DNA of 64,000 nt from a virus: the IMG/VR virus record IMGVR_UViG_3300034101_006340, positions 96,001 through 160,000 of that record; one strand, given 5' to 3'. Of this stretch, positions 63,401 to 64,000 are shown one piece after another. The notes under the pieces are model-generated. The model made no database searches and was not told the origin of the DNA. It worked only from the letters and a program-made list of their open reading frames with translations. The position numbers and the translations under genes were made by a program. Numbering within the stretch: the stretch's first letter is position 1; every line of letters begins with the position of its first letter.

Positions 63401-64000
63401 ATGATAAGGAGCATATGGTTTAGTTGTTGTTAACGCTCCTGATACTGTAGGACTCAAATATAAAACTGATCCATTAACATCTCCTATTGGCGCAGTTGGA
63501 TTAAACTGATCAGTATTTAATCCTGTTAATGCGCCGAGCACAATAACTCTACCACTGCTCATATTATCTATAGCTTCGTAGGTTATTCCATAAGTACCAG
63601 CGCTACTAATATCAGCAGTAGCAAGAGCTTTTTGTATAGTAGGAAGATCACCCTGACCACCATTTATATAAACAGCAGTCATTTTGGGAATACTAGCCCC
63701 TGTTTTATTAAATACTGTTGTAACAACCGAAGATGATGTTTCAACAGATGTCATAGTATTGCTAATGGTATAAATACCACTAATGCTAGAAACCGATATA
63801 TCTGATCCTGCAACTATGTTTTTGACTGGAAGAAGCCCGCTTACAGCATTATTAAAATAGGTTCCGCTAAGATTAACAGGATTTAATCCTGACCATTGAG
63901 TAAATCCATCTCCAATTTTTAAAATATTATTTGTAAGATCATAGCCGGGTTCACCACTAGCTAAAACAGGATTAGTCGATGCCCACTCAGACGATAATCC
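60452..64000 (-). CDS. Tail fibre protein, 5'-truncated by the window (at least 1182 aa): Mtd_N-like start, GIGT..P..L.V repeats, C-terminal chaperone/Peptidase_G2-like domain
   Basis: The frame is open from 64000 into the track ATG (GLSSEWASTNPVLASGEPGYDLTNNILKIGDG). About 5 N(V/I/L)GIG repeats; C-terminal GDLLESAGDGTAIAQNDDIVRSSTIGKV..YLVACTLMCG. Confidence 0.85.
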   Translation of the reverse strand, partial: GLSSEWASTNPVLASGEPGYDLTNNILKIGDGFTQWSGLNPVNLSGTYFNNAVSGLLPVKNIVAGSDISVSSISGIYTISNTMTSVETSSSVVTTVFNKTGASIPKMTAVYINGGQGDLPTIQKALATADISSAGTYGITYEAIDNMSSGRVIVLGALTGLNTDQFNPTAPIGDVNGSVLYLSPTVSGALTTTKPYAPYHIVAMGTIVRTHQNEGVIEVRVQNGYELEELHNVAVTGATNGQFLQYNSVSGLWVPSSSGNFTTLQVSGTAVPTGTGSANSITKWTGTNSLNNSIIYDNGTNIGIGTSSPSSKLDVSGVITATSGDSTNWNAAHGWGNHALQGYLTNISSQNIQDLNNVISDFSYPLLVDEYTLIYDSGISQFKGSTINLGLIRQGSIPLTGYSTSYLGYYIRMNNSEFTVNEQGANLDLRVEGDTDTNLLFTDASTDRVGIGTSSPSYKLDVVGTGNFSQNLLVNGTGVSLSGHTHSSSQITDFNSGVSGLLPVKDIIAGTGISIFSNNGNYTINSTSSGGAVSAEDVMDIIGTGIVAGTGLSVSYNDNDGNLTINLYAVAITGYEILTTAKDTFTVTPNYLVGNLQVYYNGFKLLDGEDYTATNGTSFLLSSPGASGDVVEWAGLGGPAQYAQLNHTHTISDITNFGSGVTGLLPTIANSGDNRILTSTGSSVGINAESNLTFDGSNLGIGTSSPTQRLQIHGSSADDVYLRISNTDTTTASGLLIGLMGTEDGLIRVEPNKALVFGTNNTERMRITSAGNVGIGAASTSPPEVLSVMQDNNGGRTSILIDNLDQRLKMSCYYEFGVGQYAEIQSTNNAETGHQALILNRQGGNVGIGTATVSYRLHVVGSASATNNITTYLNNTGGTRSRLAFQDTAVTYAPDMGSVGNNITFDTVGVERVRVGGNGRTQFFAATEKYGVQLNNGSTGNGPFLGSAGADIFCISTAGGAERFRVDANGNVLVGQFTTTDPAGANTNGVAIATDYISVSRSSFECLRLNLKAADGTIVALYQDAVLEGSISIAGNTVSYNAFCGSHWSQLIDNSKPEILRGTVLETLDETCEWIDGKSDRLVRVKISDIPKSKRVYGVFLGWDENYASTGDMYVAGLGAYYVRVKGIVQSGDLLESAGDGTAIAQNDDIVRSSTIGKVSSVNKITEYSDDSYLVACTLMCG

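Noticed and set aside
1-64000. tRNA, rRNA, integrase/transposase, CRISPR array, stop-codon reassignment
   Set aside because: Almost no intergenic space and no such motifs were seen. Standard-code ORFs tile the window, with TAA, TAG and TGA all used as stops.

Overview
The window is a continuous virion-morphogenesis module of a very large tailed bacteriophage, probably with a long non-contractile tail. It is AT-rich, densely packed, almost entirely on the minus strand, and translates in the standard code. In transcription order (right to left) it holds: a tail-fibre/adhesin block (truncated fibre with Mtd_N-like start, FN3/LCCL/discoidin protein, three tandem paralogues with variable Cys-rich tails); a plus-strand island (HAD+PRT-like putative ribofuranosyltransferase and a sulfotransferase); a head-tail connector; about 23 kb of giant fibre/adhesin genes (4713 aa cadherin/He_PIG/YadA-like protein; collagen, FN3, LamG and YHYH proteins); head-closure, neck and terminator genes; an internally duplicated tail tube protein; two paralogous tail-chaperone-like genes; a 5741-aa tape measure protein (TMP); and a truncated YadA-like fibre. 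The strongest candidate for an undescribed system is the TMP. It is cut into modules by a 21-aa motif that is identical in four copies despite heavy synonymous divergence. It also carries apparent enzyme cargo (a HAD phosphatase with all four motifs and two PD-(D/E)xK-like domains) and a polymorphic-toxin-like segment, suggesting an ejected effector polyprotein. All domain calls come from reading motifs by eye; no database search was run.
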